A stretch of 64,000 bases of DNA from Clostridia bacterium. Lineage in GTDB: Bacteria; Bacillota; Clostridia; UMGS1883; UMGS1540. Numbering within the stretch: position 1 is the first letter of the stretch; every line of letters begins with the position of its first letter. Both the position numbers and the translations under genes were made by a program. The notes below the pieces were generated by a model. It was not told the DNA's origin, did not search any database, and worked only from the letters and a program-made list of their open reading frames with translations. The stretch spans positions 1,123 to 65,122 of the forward strand of contig JAFSCR010000012.1 of NCBI GenBank assembly GCA_017436645.1, given 5' to 3'. This document shows positions 1 through 9,348 of the stretch, one piece after another.

Positions 1-286
1 CCATACAAAGCGTACCGAAAATCACCGTAAGAATAAGTCCCGTCCGGCTTACGGAAATCAGTGGCACATTATAAAATAACTTCTTCAAGTTTTCCGCCTT
101 TAAAGCAACATAAGCACATGCAAGCTGTCCTAAAAAAGCAAGTGTTATAAATATGTATCCCGCCCAAAATGCACCGCCGAATTTACTCATGCCTGCCATT
201 TCACCCGGAGAAACAAACACGGCAACATTAAATACAATCAGCAGGATTGCCCATATGGATAAATAGGATTTAAAATTCTTATTCAT
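1..286 (-). CDS. multi-pass membrane protein, C-terminal part lies beyond window start; translationally coupled downstream partner of the SPFH gene
   Basis: ATG at 286-284 preceded by AAGGAGG; translation MNKNFKSYLSIWAILLIVFNVAVF... has several hydrophobic helices; no stop before the window edge. Confidence 0.45.
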   Translation of the reverse strand, partial: MNKNFKSYLSIWAILLIVFNVAVFVSPGEMAGMSKFGGAFWAGYIFITLAFLGQLACAYVALKAENLKKLFYNVPLISVSRTGLILTVIFGTLCM

Positions 287-298
287 CTTTCTGCCTCC

Positions 299-1423
299 TT
301 AAAGAATGCTTGCAAGAAGCTGTGCTTTCATGGAATTAAATTCTTCTTCCGTTAAAAGGCCTGCCTCTTTCATCATGGTAAGCTTTTCAATTTTCGCCTT
401 GAATGCTTCCATATCATCAGGCTTTTGTGTCGGCGTCTGTGCGCTTGTTACGGCATCCTGCATCTGTGCACCGACCATCCCGCCGACAGCACCGCCAACG
501 CCTGCCATGGTGCCAAAGCCTACGCCCATATTGGTAAACTGACCGACAGATTCGTTTCTTGCCACCTCGGTTGCAACGTCAAATCCACGTTCTTGCTGGT
601 ATGTATATCCTTCCTGTGCACGTTTGGTTGCTTGTGCCTGCGAATCAATTACAACTTTTTGCGCTTCGGTCTGTGCATATATCAAATCTGTCTGCTGACG
701 AAGCTTTGCTTCTGCAATATCTGCATATTGTCTGAAATGAAGTTCTTTAAACTTTTCGTACTGTCTGTCCCCGTCAGGTTTTACTATGTTAGTAACAAAA
801 AACTGTTCAAGACTAATTCCATACTCTGCAAAATCTGTAACGAGCAGATTTTTAATTGCAGCAGAGAACATTGTAAGGCTTTCGTCAATTTCAAAAATGT
901 TTATGGCATTTGCCTTCATTACCTGTGCGATGTAAGTCTTCACTCTTGCCATAAGGAAGGAGCGGAAAAAGCCGACAAGTTTTTGCTGTCCCAAAAAGTT
1001 TTCCGTACCAACCAATTTCAAAAGAAGTTTTCTTGAATCCTCTGCACGAAGGCTCATTTCACCGCTCGCACCAATGGAAATGGGGAATCCGTATGTCGGC
1101 TCTATGTACTGCACTTTGCTGTCCGTTCCCCATTTAATCGCCATTTGCTCCGTCTTGTTGATAAAGTAAACTTCTGCATGAAACGGCGTTTCATCCCCCG
1201 TCGTGCGATTTAAGAACTTTCCGATTTTAGGGATATTTTGTGTTTCGAGCGTATATCGCCCTGCGCCGAACAAATCAAGTGCCTGACCATTCATAAAGAA
1301 TATGGCTTCCTGGCTTTCGTGAACAACAAGCTGGGTGAGGCTGTTAAAGTCCTCACAAGGATGTTTCCAAATAAAGGTGGAGTTATCCCCTTCGTATTTA
1401 ATTACTTCTGCAATTTGAGACAT
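299..1423 (-). CDS. SPFH/band-7 domain protein (YdjI/COG4260-like) with Gly-rich linker and C-terminal SHOCT-like tail
   Basis: ORF track 299..1450; start moved to the internal Met (MSQIAEVIKYEG) that has a GGAGG RBS 7 nt upstream. Paralogous to ORF 55017..56315 (same N-terminal KY/WKxP.. motifs, GxGxG-rich region). C-terminus EEFNSMKAQLL resembles SHOCT. Confidence 0.6.
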   Translation of the reverse strand: MSQIAEVIKYEGDNSTFIWKHPCEDFNSLTQLVVHESQEAIFFMNGQALDLFGAGRYTLETQNIPKIGKFLNRTTGDETPFHAEVYFINKTEQMAIKWGTDSKVQYIEPTYGFPISIGASGEMSLRAEDSRKLLLKLVGTENFLGQQKLVGFFRSFLMARVKTYIAQVMKANAINIFEIDESLTMFSAAIKNLLVTDFAEYGISLEQFFVTNIVKPDGDRQYEKFKELHFRQYADIAEAKLRQQTDLIYAQTEAQKVVIDSQAQATKRAQEGYTYQQERGFDVATEVARNESVGQFTNMGVGFGTMAGVGGAVGGMVGAQMQDAVTSAQTPTQKPDDMEAFKAKIEKLTMMKEAGLLTEEEFNSMKAQLLASIL

Positions 1424-1623
1424 ATTCTTACCTCCTGCTTCCACAAACACGCATAAATGTGGCGTTTCTGCAAATTAATATAGATTATTATATCATTTTA
1501 TGTAAAAAAAAGCAATAATAATGGTTGTATTTTGCATAAATCACTTTTATTTTAAAAAATAACACGGAAAAATAATTCATGCACGTTTTTGCCGACTTCT
1601 GTCTTATATTGAATTTAAAATGA

Positions 1624-1653
1624 AATGGCAGACATTTTTTATGTCTGCCATTA
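1624..1653. terminator. bidirectional rho-independent terminator hairpin (AATGGCAGACAT-TTTTT-ATGTCTGCCATT)
   Basis: perfect 12-bp inverted repeat flanked by A/T runs between convergent/tandem genes. Confidence 0.5.
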
Positions 1654-1666
1654 TTATATCATTTTA

Positions 1667-2731
1667 TTATTTCGCCTGATTTATGCGGATTTTTGATGTT
1701 GTTTCCTGCTGGATTTTTTTCGCATCACGTTCAAGATTTTGCTGATGTTCTTTTTCGCTCATCAGGATTTCCTGCGCCATTTTCTCCGCAGAAAGGCGTG
1801 CCGCCTCATTTAAAGAGGTGATAAACTGCTTTTGGTCCGCTGTGAGTGTGCCGGCAGGGATCCCCAGAATACTTGCCGCTTCCGCATCCACTTCGCCCAT
1901 AGCAAGCACCTTATCAAGCTGATTTGCAAAATTCGTAGCTGCCAGTTTTTCTTGGTTGAACGCCTTTTCGTCAGCCGCCGCCTGCACTTCACCGGCAAGC
2001 TTCTTCTCAGAAAGGCGAAGGTCTGCCTCCCCTTGATATTCACGAAAGGCGTTGTCGGCAAGGCTGTCAAGAAGGGAAAGTCTTTCAATTTTCGCTTCTC
2101 GCTCGTCCTGAAACCTTTCATACGCCTTTTGTTCATACACGGGCACGAGGTCCTGCGCCGCCCGCTGGCGCATAATTTCCGCCGTGGAGCCGCCGAGAAG
2201 TCCTCTCGAATTTGCCGACTGCTTGGATGCAAGCATGGCCTCCTCCTGTGCCGCCTTTAAAGAAGCGTCGCTTTTGGGGTCATAGGAAAATTCCATATTG
2301 GCAAGCTCGGACAAAAGCGTTTTCGTCTGCCTTCCGTAAGGATCTTCATATTCCTTGGGGTAAAAGCTTTTGGCGTACTTTTCATCAATATAGTAATCGT
2401 CACCGATTTTTAAAAGACGGCTGTCATTACGATTGAGCATCTGCCCGTTTACAATGGGGGCATCGGCACTTTTATCGTATCCGATGGTAGCGCCCGCCGC
2501 AGAGAGTGTATTGCGAAGGGGCGTATACCCCTTGGGGGCGGAAGCGCCGCTTTTTGTAAGGGATGCACGGATAGAATCACCACTGCCCATAAAGCCGTTT
2601 TCCGTTTTTGAAAAATCTGCTCCGTCAAGCGTAAAGGAAGCGCCGCGGCCGTCAAAAACGGTAATGCCGCTATCCGACGAGGTCGTTTTATACCCTCTGT
2701 CCGATAGCCACTTTTCTACATTATACTCCAT
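1667..2731 (-). CDS. phage-associated protein of unknown function (coiled-coil rich C-terminal half)
   Basis: 354-aa ORF in the late-gene block downstream of the endolysin; no recognisable catalytic motif. Confidence 0.45.
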   Translation of the reverse strand: MEYNVEKWLSDRGYKTTSSDSGITVFDGRGASFTLDGADFSKTENGFMGSGDSIRASLTKSGASAPKGYTPLRNTLSAAGATIGYDKSADAPIVNGQMLNRNDSRLLKIGDDYYIDEKYAKSFYPKEYEDPYGRQTKTLLSELANMEFSYDPKSDASLKAAQEEAMLASKQSANSRGLLGGSTAEIMRQRAAQDLVPVYEQKAYERFQDEREAKIERLSLLDSLADNAFREYQGEADLRLSEKKLAGEVQAAADEKAFNQEKLAATNFANQLDKVLAMGEVDAEAASILGIPAGTLTADQKQFITSLNEAARLSAEKMAQEILMSEKEHQQNLERDAKKIQQETTSKIRINQAK

Positions 2732-2745
2732 TTCGTTCTCCTTTC

Positions 2746-4125
2746 TTATGCGTAGCTTCGTTTCCTTGCCCGCATTTCAAATTCAATGGCAGAAATTCTG
2801 ACTGCCCCACGCCCCGAAAGCTTTATCCGCATCTGGGGCGCATCCTGCATCTGGGGCGGGATTTCAATGACCGTAAGGCCGCTTTTTGAAACGGTTGCCA
2901 CCGTGCGGAAATACTCCATATCAAGCCATGGCGAAAGGGAAACCGTAAAAGATGCACCCTTTTCCACCTCGGCACGAATGTAAATGCGGTGCCAGTTCTG
3001 AAAAAGCGAGTTTTCAAAAATGAAGGGTGCCGAAATGCGGTACCACTCTACCATCTCATCGCCGCCGCCAAAGACAGATACGGTGCCGTCCTCCTCTGCC
3101 ATATACAATTTGCCGCCATACTCTGCAAAGGCAAAGATGGGGACATCATCCTCTTTAAACCATTCGCCGATGCGGGTGTCATAAACGAGGAGCTGCTGTC
3201 CTCCCCCTTTTTGGGGTAAGGAAAGGTAATACCGTTCCCCGTCGCTGCCGGAAGCTACCTTGTCTGCCTTTTCCGTGTCCATATTCTCAATATATTTTCG
3301 AATGGGAAAACTGATTTTCTTCGGGATGGTGCCGCCGCCGTAGCGGTACACCCCGTCCCTGCCCAGAAAATAAAGAATGCCCCCGATTTCACGGATACTT
3401 TCCTGTGCCATACAGCCGATATCACGGGAAAGGCACAGAAGGGAAAAGTTTACGGGATCCGTGCCGTACAGCTCAAACATGGCGTTTCTTTTAAAGTAAA
3501 TCACATGGCCGCCGTAGGCCGCAAGGCCGCCTGCATAGGCTTCTTTTGTGGTTTCCAAAAGTTCCTGCCCTGCATCCATGGGAGCAGACCAGTCGTCAAT
3601 GTTTTCTACCGCCGAGTAGCGGAGAAACTTATCCTTATCGGATGCCGTAAATAAATGCCATGCATGCGTCACAAGATACAGGGCATTTTCAGGCTTGCCT
3701 TTTTTCCCTACATCGGAAATGGCAGCGCCGTCAAACTTTTTGCATTCGTCGCCATCTGCAAAAACGGCATAGTCCATAAAGTCGGCACCATATACCCGTC
3801 CCGTTTCTTTGGTAAAAAGGTCGCCTTCGCTTTTCCATGCCCCCTCCGAAAGGGTATACAGGGTTTTGCCCACCACCGCAGAGAGGGTGGTGCCGAATAT
3901 GACGCCGAAAAAGCGCACCTCCCCTTCAGGGAGACGGGGCACTGCCGCTTTGTCCCGTGGGGGTCTCGGGCAAAGGTGGGGGTAGTGGGCGGAATGAAGA
4001 TTTTTCATATCCGTTGCCATACCCCCCGGGATTTCCGTTTCGGGAAGGCCCGTGTGAATTCCGCCGCCCGTTTTCGTTTCTATGTACCGCTTTTTTTCGG
4101 GCACATCCTTCCAGAAACTCTTCAT
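2746..4125 (-). CDS. phage-associated protein of unknown function (possible structural/tail-associated)
   Basis: 459-aa ORF, 4-nt overlap with upstream ORF 4122..4730 (operon coupling). Confidence 0.45.
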   Translation of the reverse strand: MKSFWKDVPEKKRYIETKTGGGIHTGLPETEIPGGMATDMKNLHSAHYPHLCPRPPRDKAAVPRLPEGEVRFFGVIFGTTLSAVVGKTLYTLSEGAWKSEGDLFTKETGRVYGADFMDYAVFADGDECKKFDGAAISDVGKKGKPENALYLVTHAWHLFTASDKDKFLRYSAVENIDDWSAPMDAGQELLETTKEAYAGGLAAYGGHVIYFKRNAMFELYGTDPVNFSLLCLSRDIGCMAQESIREIGGILYFLGRDGVYRYGGGTIPKKISFPIRKYIENMDTEKADKVASGSDGERYYLSLPQKGGGQQLLVYDTRIGEWFKEDDVPIFAFAEYGGKLYMAEEDGTVSVFGGGDEMVEWYRISAPFIFENSLFQNWHRIYIRAEVEKGASFTVSLSPWLDMEYFRTVATVSKSGLTVIEIPPQMQDAPQMRIKLSGRGAVRISAIEFEMRARKRSYA

Positions 4126-4730
4126 CGTTTTCCTCCTCTGACGTCTTTTGTAACCGGGTATTTCCCGTCTTTTTCGTATCGTTCCTGCCTTGCTCTTTGC
4201 AAAAGCATATTGTAGCTGAGCTTGTAATTATTGGCAAGGGCAATATCCTCTCTTGCCTCCGCAATGGTAATGAGAAGGGCAAGGCGAAGCATTTCTCCGT
4301 AGTCCTCGTCAAGGTCGATTTCCTGATCGGGATAGGAAACGCCTGCATCCATCGCTTCTGCCGCTGTTAAAATCCGCTCCGGCTTTTTAAAGTACCAGAC
4401 GGATATGGTTTTTCCACGTCCGGGCGGTGGATAAATGCCGATAAACCCTTCCGTCACCTTAAACCAGGAACCCGGGCAGGCATCCTCATCCATTCGTTTT
4501 TTTGTAAGCGCACGTCCGTCTACCGTAATGGCGCTGATAAGGTCGCATTGCACCGCACTCGGCATGGGGTACAGCATCTGCCCCGTTGCAGGAAAGCGAA
4601 TGCCTTCCCTGAGGGAAATCACCTTATAGATTTCCCGAAGTGCCGTATTGAGCCACATGATAAGTCTGTTTTCCTCAAACCCGTGTGGCATGCGCACATT
4701 TACATCTTCTAAAATATCGCACAGTTTCAT
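4122..4730 (-). CDS. phage-associated protein of unknown function
   Basis: 202-aa ORF overlapping the endolysin stop by 4 nt (ATGA-type coupling). Confidence 0.45.
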   Translation of the reverse strand: MKLCDILEDVNVRMPHGFEENRLIMWLNTALREIYKVISLREGIRFPATGQMLYPMPSAVQCDLISAITVDGRALTKKRMDEDACPGSWFKVTEGFIGIYPPPGRGKTISVWYFKKPERILTAAEAMDAGVSYPDQEIDLDEDYGEMLRLALLITIAEAREDIALANNYKLSYNMLLQRARQERYEKDGKYPVTKDVRGGKR

Positions 4731-5344
4731 ACGCCCTGCCTCCTAAGATATGCAACGCACTTTCTCGCCAGCCAGTAAATGTTTTCATCATCCTCCAGCT
4801 TCCCGAGCCAAAGCGCTATGTCCGACAAAATGCCTCTGTCGGCAAGTTCCCAGACGATATCGTTAATATTGTCGAGTTCCCGCACCTCACTAATCCTCCT
4901 TTTAAATGCATTCCATTTTTCCCAGTTGTTTGCCATAAGCGCCTCGGGACACAATTTCCGTGATGCATCATAGTGACGTACCACATGCACAATGCCCTCC
5001 TCCGCTTTCAGCCGTTTTACAAGTTCCACGGCGTGGGACAGAGCTTTTTCAAAATCCCCGTCTTCGTTTACGCAGATTTCAATGCCGATGGAATTTGCGT
5101 TGGTAATGCCGTATTTTCCTTTTCCGTCTCCCACATGCCATGTGTAATATTTATGATAATCGTTGATTCTGAGCGCCCCCTTGTCATCTACGACAAAATC
5201 GGCACTCTGCCCCACGTTTCCGCTGTTCCAGTATGCAAAATGCGCCTCGGCATCCGCTCCTTTTCTCGTGTTTCCCGTGGTGTGAATCACAATATATTTC
5301 GCTTTTTCCTGTCTTTTTGTTCTGTTATATGCAATTTGTCTCAT
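4727..5344 (-). CDS. phage endolysin, N-acetylmuramoyl-L-alanine amidase (Amidase_2/PGRP fold)
   Basis: motifs IVIHTTGN, YTWHVGD, NSIGIEICV, RHYDASRKLCP typical of Amidase_2 zinc amidases; sits directly after the holin genes. Confidence 0.85.
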   Translation of the reverse strand: MRQIAYNRTKRQEKAKYIVIHTTGNTRKGADAEAHFAYWNSGNVGQSADFVVDDKGALRINDYHKYYTWHVGDGKGKYGITNANSIGIEICVNEDGDFEKALSHAVELVKRLKAEEGIVHVVRHYDASRKLCPEALMANNWEKWNAFKRRISEVRELDNINDIVWELADRGILSDIALWLGKLEDDENIYWLARKCVAYLRRQGV

Positions 5345-5397
5345 GGTTCCTCCGTTTGTGCCGGCGGCGCCCCGAAGGGCGCACCGACAAATCTATA

Positions 5398-5577
5398 TTA
5401 AAAATGGCGCCTGTCACCGGGGTTATTCACAACGCCAAATGCTACTAAAACTGCAAGTACCAACTCTGTAAATGTATCAAACTGCGGAATTTCAAACCCG
5501 AGCCATGTTTTGGAAACGAATGCCAAAAGTGCAAGGCTTGAAACCCACAAAACAGGGCTTTTCAGTCTTTCAGACAT
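5398..5577 (-). CDS. small holin (59 aa, two predicted TM helices), not in ORF track
   Basis: manual translation MSERLKSPVLWVSSLALLAFVSKTWLGFEIPQFDTFTELVLAVLVAFGVVNNPGDRRHF. Start overlaps the stop of the upstream gene (ATGTCTGA) with a GGAGGAGG RBS. Lies between the XhlA-like gene and the amidase, as in the PBSX xhlA-xhlB-xlyA cassette. Confidence 0.6.
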   Translation of the reverse strand: MSERLKSPVLWVSSLALLAFVSKTWLGFEIPQFDTFTELVLAVLVAFGVVNNPGDRRHF

Positions 5578-5794
5578 AATGCGCCTCCTCCTTCAGTTCG
5601 TCAATGCGGTGGTGCGCACTTTTTATGCTTTGTTCGGCAATGGCCATGCGCTCCACCAAATTGTTATGCTTTTCCACCTTTTCCTCCAGTTTTTTAAGGC
5701 GGTAATTGGTCAGCTGATTGGCGGTAAGAATGCCGCCCAGCGTACCTACCCCCGTTCCCAGAAAGGAAAGGGCCGCTACCGTAATTTCCTGCAT
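5570..5794 (-). CDS. XhlA-like small membrane protein (one TM + coiled coil), lysis cassette component
   Basis: ORF track 5570..5842; likely start MQEITVAALSFLGTG... TM segment followed by a heptad-rich segment (LKKLEEKVEKHNNLVERMAIAEQSIKSAHHRIDELKEE). Confidence 0.5.
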   Translation of the reverse strand: MQEITVAALSFLGTGVGTLGGILTANQLTNYRLKKLEEKVEKHNNLVERMAIAEQSIKSAHHRIDELKEEAHYV

Positions 5795-5804
5795 ATACGC
5801 CTCC

Positions 5805-7352
5805 TTAAAGGATTTCGTATGTATCCGCATCCGTATAGACATGGCTTATGACGGTTGTCCCGTCAAGACGGAAAAACTCATGCCCTCGTTTTGTACGGTA
5901 GTAGAAAAGGAAGTCTCTGTCCATATCCTTTTGGAAGAACTGCGTAGGATACGCCAGCATGGGTTTCCCGATGGATTTTTCGGTAAATTTGTAAAAATAC
6001 TGGATGCCGGTATTATATCCCTGCACCAAAAATGTAACATCTCCGTCTTCACCGACAGAAAGCCCCCGAATGCCGCCAAGCGCCGCATCCTCGCAAAACG
6101 AGCCGTACATTCTTCCCGATTCCGTTTCTATTTTATAAATGCAGCCGGAAGGTTTAAAGCCGTATAAATGCCCATCATACACCAAAATGTCCATAAGAAC
6201 CTCCTGGGGTCTTGTAAAGCTTGTAAGGGGCATATATTTTCCGGTCAGCTCCCCGTCACGGCTGAGGCGAAGAACGGCATAGGGATGGCTCGTATCAAGA
6301 ACGGGCGCAACGTATAAATCGTCCCCTTCCATAACGGCTCTGCGGAACCGTCTGTCATACATTTCTGTGCCTTCGTGATTGGCAAGGCGTGCCGTGTGGG
6401 TAACAAACTCCCATTCACTTTCCCCTTCGTGGGTAATAGACTCAACAAACAAGGCGCTGTCGCTTGTGCCACCCATATAAATAACTACGATTCTGTCACC
6501 CATGACAAAAACGTCCTGCACTCTTGTAACGGGCGTATGCTTTACCGAAAGCGTCGTCACCATCGGGGTGCTCACATCAAGGTGGCGAAGAATAATGTTC
6601 TTTCCGTCCGTCTCGGCAAAATAGAGAATTGTATTATGGGCACAGAAACATTCTGTGTTTGCGGTGCCGTAAAACCTGTCGATTTTTCCGCTTCGACCGA
6701 TTCGATAAACCTTATAAATACCGTTTTCATCCCTCCCGGCGATATAGGTGCTCCCATAATTTGGATCCTCCGTCACCGTATAAAGCTCGCTGAATTCTTC
6801 GTTTGCAGCTCTTTCCACCTCGCCTTCCGACACAAGTTCTACACCGGTTTTCTTGAGGCGAAGGGGTGCACCTTTTAAAACGAGGGAAGTGGTATCTACC
6901 ATAAGCCCCTCGCCGTCCTTTACGGAAATGGCACCAAGCTTTGCTTTTTCCTCGTTGGTAAAGCTGTTCTGGGAAAGACCCATTCCTTCCACCTTGTCCA
7001 TTTTGGAAACAACAAGGTCTCGAAATGCAGGCACAAGACAGCGGGGCAAAATGCTGTCTGTTTTTATTTTTTTATCGTCTATTGTCCCGTCCGCAATTTT
7101 TTCGCCTGTTACGGCACCGTCTTTCAGCTTTTCGGTTGTAACGGAAGCGGCAGGGTGGTCGAGAACGGGGGCGGATTTATGGGCGTGAAAGTCTTTTTCC
7201 GCACACTGCTTTTCGTTTGTAACATTTCCCAGACCCACCTGACTTTTTGTAACCTTATGGGGATTTTCTCCGTCATTTAAGTGGCTTTCTATTTCGGGCG
7301 TCATTTTCAAAAAAGTTTCAACGCTTCCCGAAAGCACTTCAGATACACGCAT
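5805..7352 (-). CDS. phage structural protein, putative fiber/receptor-binding protein
   Basis: 515-aa ORF between the major capsid gene and the lysis cassette; N-terminal region with repeated K/E-rich segments (QNSFTNEEKAKLG), C-terminal beta-rich region. Confidence 0.4.
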   Translation of the reverse strand: MRVSEVLSGSVETFLKMTPEIESHLNDGENPHKVTKSQVGLGNVTNEKQCAEKDFHAHKSAPVLDHPAASVTTEKLKDGAVTGEKIADGTIDDKKIKTDSILPRCLVPAFRDLVVSKMDKVEGMGLSQNSFTNEEKAKLGAISVKDGEGLMVDTTSLVLKGAPLRLKKTGVELVSEGEVERAANEEFSELYTVTEDPNYGSTYIAGRDENGIYKVYRIGRSGKIDRFYGTANTECFCAHNTILYFAETDGKNIILRHLDVSTPMVTTLSVKHTPVTRVQDVFVMGDRIVVIYMGGTSDSALFVESITHEGESEWEFVTHTARLANHEGTEMYDRRFRRAVMEGDDLYVAPVLDTSHPYAVLRLSRDGELTGKYMPLTSFTRPQEVLMDILVYDGHLYGFKPSGCIYKIETESGRMYGSFCEDAALGGIRGLSVGEDGDVTFLVQGYNTGIQYFYKFTEKSIGKPMLAYPTQFFQKDMDRDFLFYYRTKRGHEFFRLDGTTVISHVYTDADTYEIL

Positions 7353-7375
7353 AATTCCACTTCCTTTCCGTTATC

Positions 7376-8296
7376 TTAAGCCTCTGTGCCGTCAGAGCCG
7401 ACAAGGCCGCGCCAATCCACATACCCTGTGTCAAAGCGGCAGTAACCGTAGAAGCGGTGGTCCATTTTGTTATCAATCTTTTCACTGTCAAAGATGGGCT
7501 TTTCACGCCACAGGAACATAAGGTTATCCATGGAGCTGTCCTGTACGAACCAGGGCTTTACGCTGCCGTCTTTATCGTAAAGGTAATCCCATACGACTAC
7601 ATCAAGATTGGGCAGGGTGTTCTTATCGTTATTAGCGGTGCCTGCCTGGAGGGTAGAGCCGATAAGGGCACGGGCAGTAAATTCCCAGTCAGGATGTACT
7701 ACGAGCTTGTCCGCATGTGCCGCTACCAAAACGCCGGCTTCGTCCTTCTGCAGGCGCATCATGGTAAGCGCTTCCTTTAAGGTTTCATCGGAAAGGGCAC
7801 CCGAAACCTTGTTGGAGCAGGTTTCTGTGCTGTTTACAAGGGTGTGGGCTTCCGAGAAAAGGGGTACGCCGTCGTAACCGTTTTCAGAAAAGCCCTTTAA
7901 GATAACATCGGCTGCCTGTGATTCTTCTGTGGCCTGCAGGCCGTTACCAAGTTTGGAAGCACTGCCGCCACGGCCAAAGCCCTTTAAAACATTATAAAGG
8001 TCGTCCTGTACGAGTTCCCAGGTCACTTCATAAGCCTTATCAAAGCGGCGGGCCGTAAAGGTTGCAACATCGCCCATGGCGATATCGGCAGTATTGAAGT
8101 CGTTGCCTTCTGTGTTTTCTTCCCACTTGCCGAATGCGCCGAGATGGGGGAATGTTTCTTCCTTGGCGTGCATTTCGTCTACCTTGAAAATATCGGTATA
8201 CTGTTTCTTTTTCTTGTTGTATGTTTCAAAAAATATTTTTCTGTGTACCGGCGTTAAGAGCGCCGCAAAATTACTTCTGTCCATTTTTGTTGCCAA
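7376..8296 (-). CDS. phage major capsid protein
   Basis: 306-aa ORF directly downstream of the scaffold-like gene in portal-scaffold-capsid order; its size and position fit a capsid gene. Confidence 0.55.
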   Translation of the reverse strand: MATKMDRSNFAALLTPVHRKIFFETYNKKKKQYTDIFKVDEMHAKEETFPHLGAFGKWEENTEGNDFNTADIAMGDVATFTARRFDKAYEVTWELVQDDLYNVLKGFGRGGSASKLGNGLQATEESQAADVILKGFSENGYDGVPLFSEAHTLVNSTETCSNKVSGALSDETLKEALTMMRLQKDEAGVLVAAHADKLVVHPDWEFTARALIGSTLQAGTANNDKNTLPNLDVVVWDYLYDKDGSVKPWFVQDSSMDNLMFLWREKPIFDSEKIDNKMDHRFYGYCRFDTGYVDWRGLVGSDGTEA

Positions 8297-8322
8297 AATA
8301 AATCATCCTTTCTGTTTTAAAA

Positions 8323-9051
8323 TCAGTATGCATACTTATATTTTGCATACTCTTCCGGGGTCATCCCCGCTTTTTTTGCAAGGCGGCTTTCCATCTCGGT
8401 AAGCTTTGCATGGCGAGGGGCATCGGGGGCTTCGCCGCCGGAGAGGGCAGGAATGTTCTTTGCCTTCTTTTTCGATTCCGTTTCTTTGCTTTCCATATCG
8501 GAAAGAAGAGAGCGGAGTCTTTCTTCCGCAAAAAGGGCAAGATATGCCTCTTTGGGGCTGATGCCCGTCTTTAAAATGAGCGCTTCAAGGGAAGGGCGTC
8601 TTTCGTCCACATCATCATAAAGAGGGTCCTGTCGCATTTTCGCATAAACGGCTTCCCGCTCTGCCGATTTCTCTGCCCTTCTTAAGGCACGTACCTTTTC
8701 CTGCTGGGACAAAAACAGCTTTGCCGCATCTTCGGAAAGGCCGTGGACGGAAATGAGTTTTCTTTCCTCCGCTTTGTCAATCATTTCGGATAATTCCTGA
8801 AGACTTTCTGCCCCCATGTCGTCCATAAGCCGTGTGACAATGGAAAGGAGCATTTCCTTCTCTGCATCCTTTTCTTTATGCACTTCCGGTTTCTTGTCTT
8901 CTGCCTTGGGGCTTTCTTCTTCCACATCCGGATTCACTTCAACCTCTTCTGCCGCAGCCATAAGCGCATGGGCGGAGGAGGTGGAAAGTCCCGTTTCTCT
9001 TTTTGCGTTCTTTACGGAAGAACGCTTTTTGCTTTTTGCCATATGGTTCAT
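8323..9051 (-). CDS. phage scaffolding protein (acidic, coiled-coil)
   Basis: 242 aa, highly charged E/K-rich low-complexity sequence; lies between portal and capsid genes. Confidence 0.5.
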   Translation of the reverse strand: MNHMAKSKKRSSVKNAKRETGLSTSSAHALMAAAEEVEVNPDVEEESPKAEDKKPEVHKEKDAEKEMLLSIVTRLMDDMGAESLQELSEMIDKAEERKLISVHGLSEDAAKLFLSQQEKVRALRRAEKSAEREAVYAKMRQDPLYDDVDERRPSLEALILKTGISPKEAYLALFAEERLRSLLSDMESKETESKKKAKNIPALSGGEAPDAPRHAKLTEMESRLAKKAGMTPEEYAKYKYAY

Positions 9052-9068
9052 CCTTTCTTTTTAAGCAA

Positions 9069-9302
9069 TTATTTGTAAAGCTCTTTCTTTGCATATTCTC
9101 CCACCGTTACGGGCATAGGCCCTCTGTGACCGCAGTATGGGCAATGGCCGATTTTCTCCTCTGCCCAGCCACGGTCACGAAGTGCCGCCCGCTCGCATCT
9201 GGGGCACACGGGGTTGTCCCGAAGCTTTTCAATGTCAATACTCTGGAGATACGCATGTCGCCGCATTCTGCGTGCAACGTGATTGGGTAAATAAATTTGC
9301 AT
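9069..9302 (-). CDS. small zinc-ribbon protein (CPRC...CPYC)
   Basis: 77-aa ORF with two CxxC pairs, located between the portal and scaffold genes. Confidence 0.4.
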   Translation of the reverse strand: MQIYLPNHVARRMRRHAYLQSIDIEKLRDNPVCPRCERAALRDRGWAEEKIGHCPYCGHRGPMPVTVGEYAKKELYK

Positions 9303-9348
9303 GTTTTCTCATCTCTTTCTCAAAATCTCTTTTTGTAAGTTCAAATTT

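Noticed and set aside
1810-2260. Overlapping ORFs 1810..2232(-) and 1832..2260(+) inside the phage gene 1667..2731
   Set aside because: Shadow ORFs within a longer, better-supported coding frame; no RBS, biased basic composition typical of out-of-frame translation.
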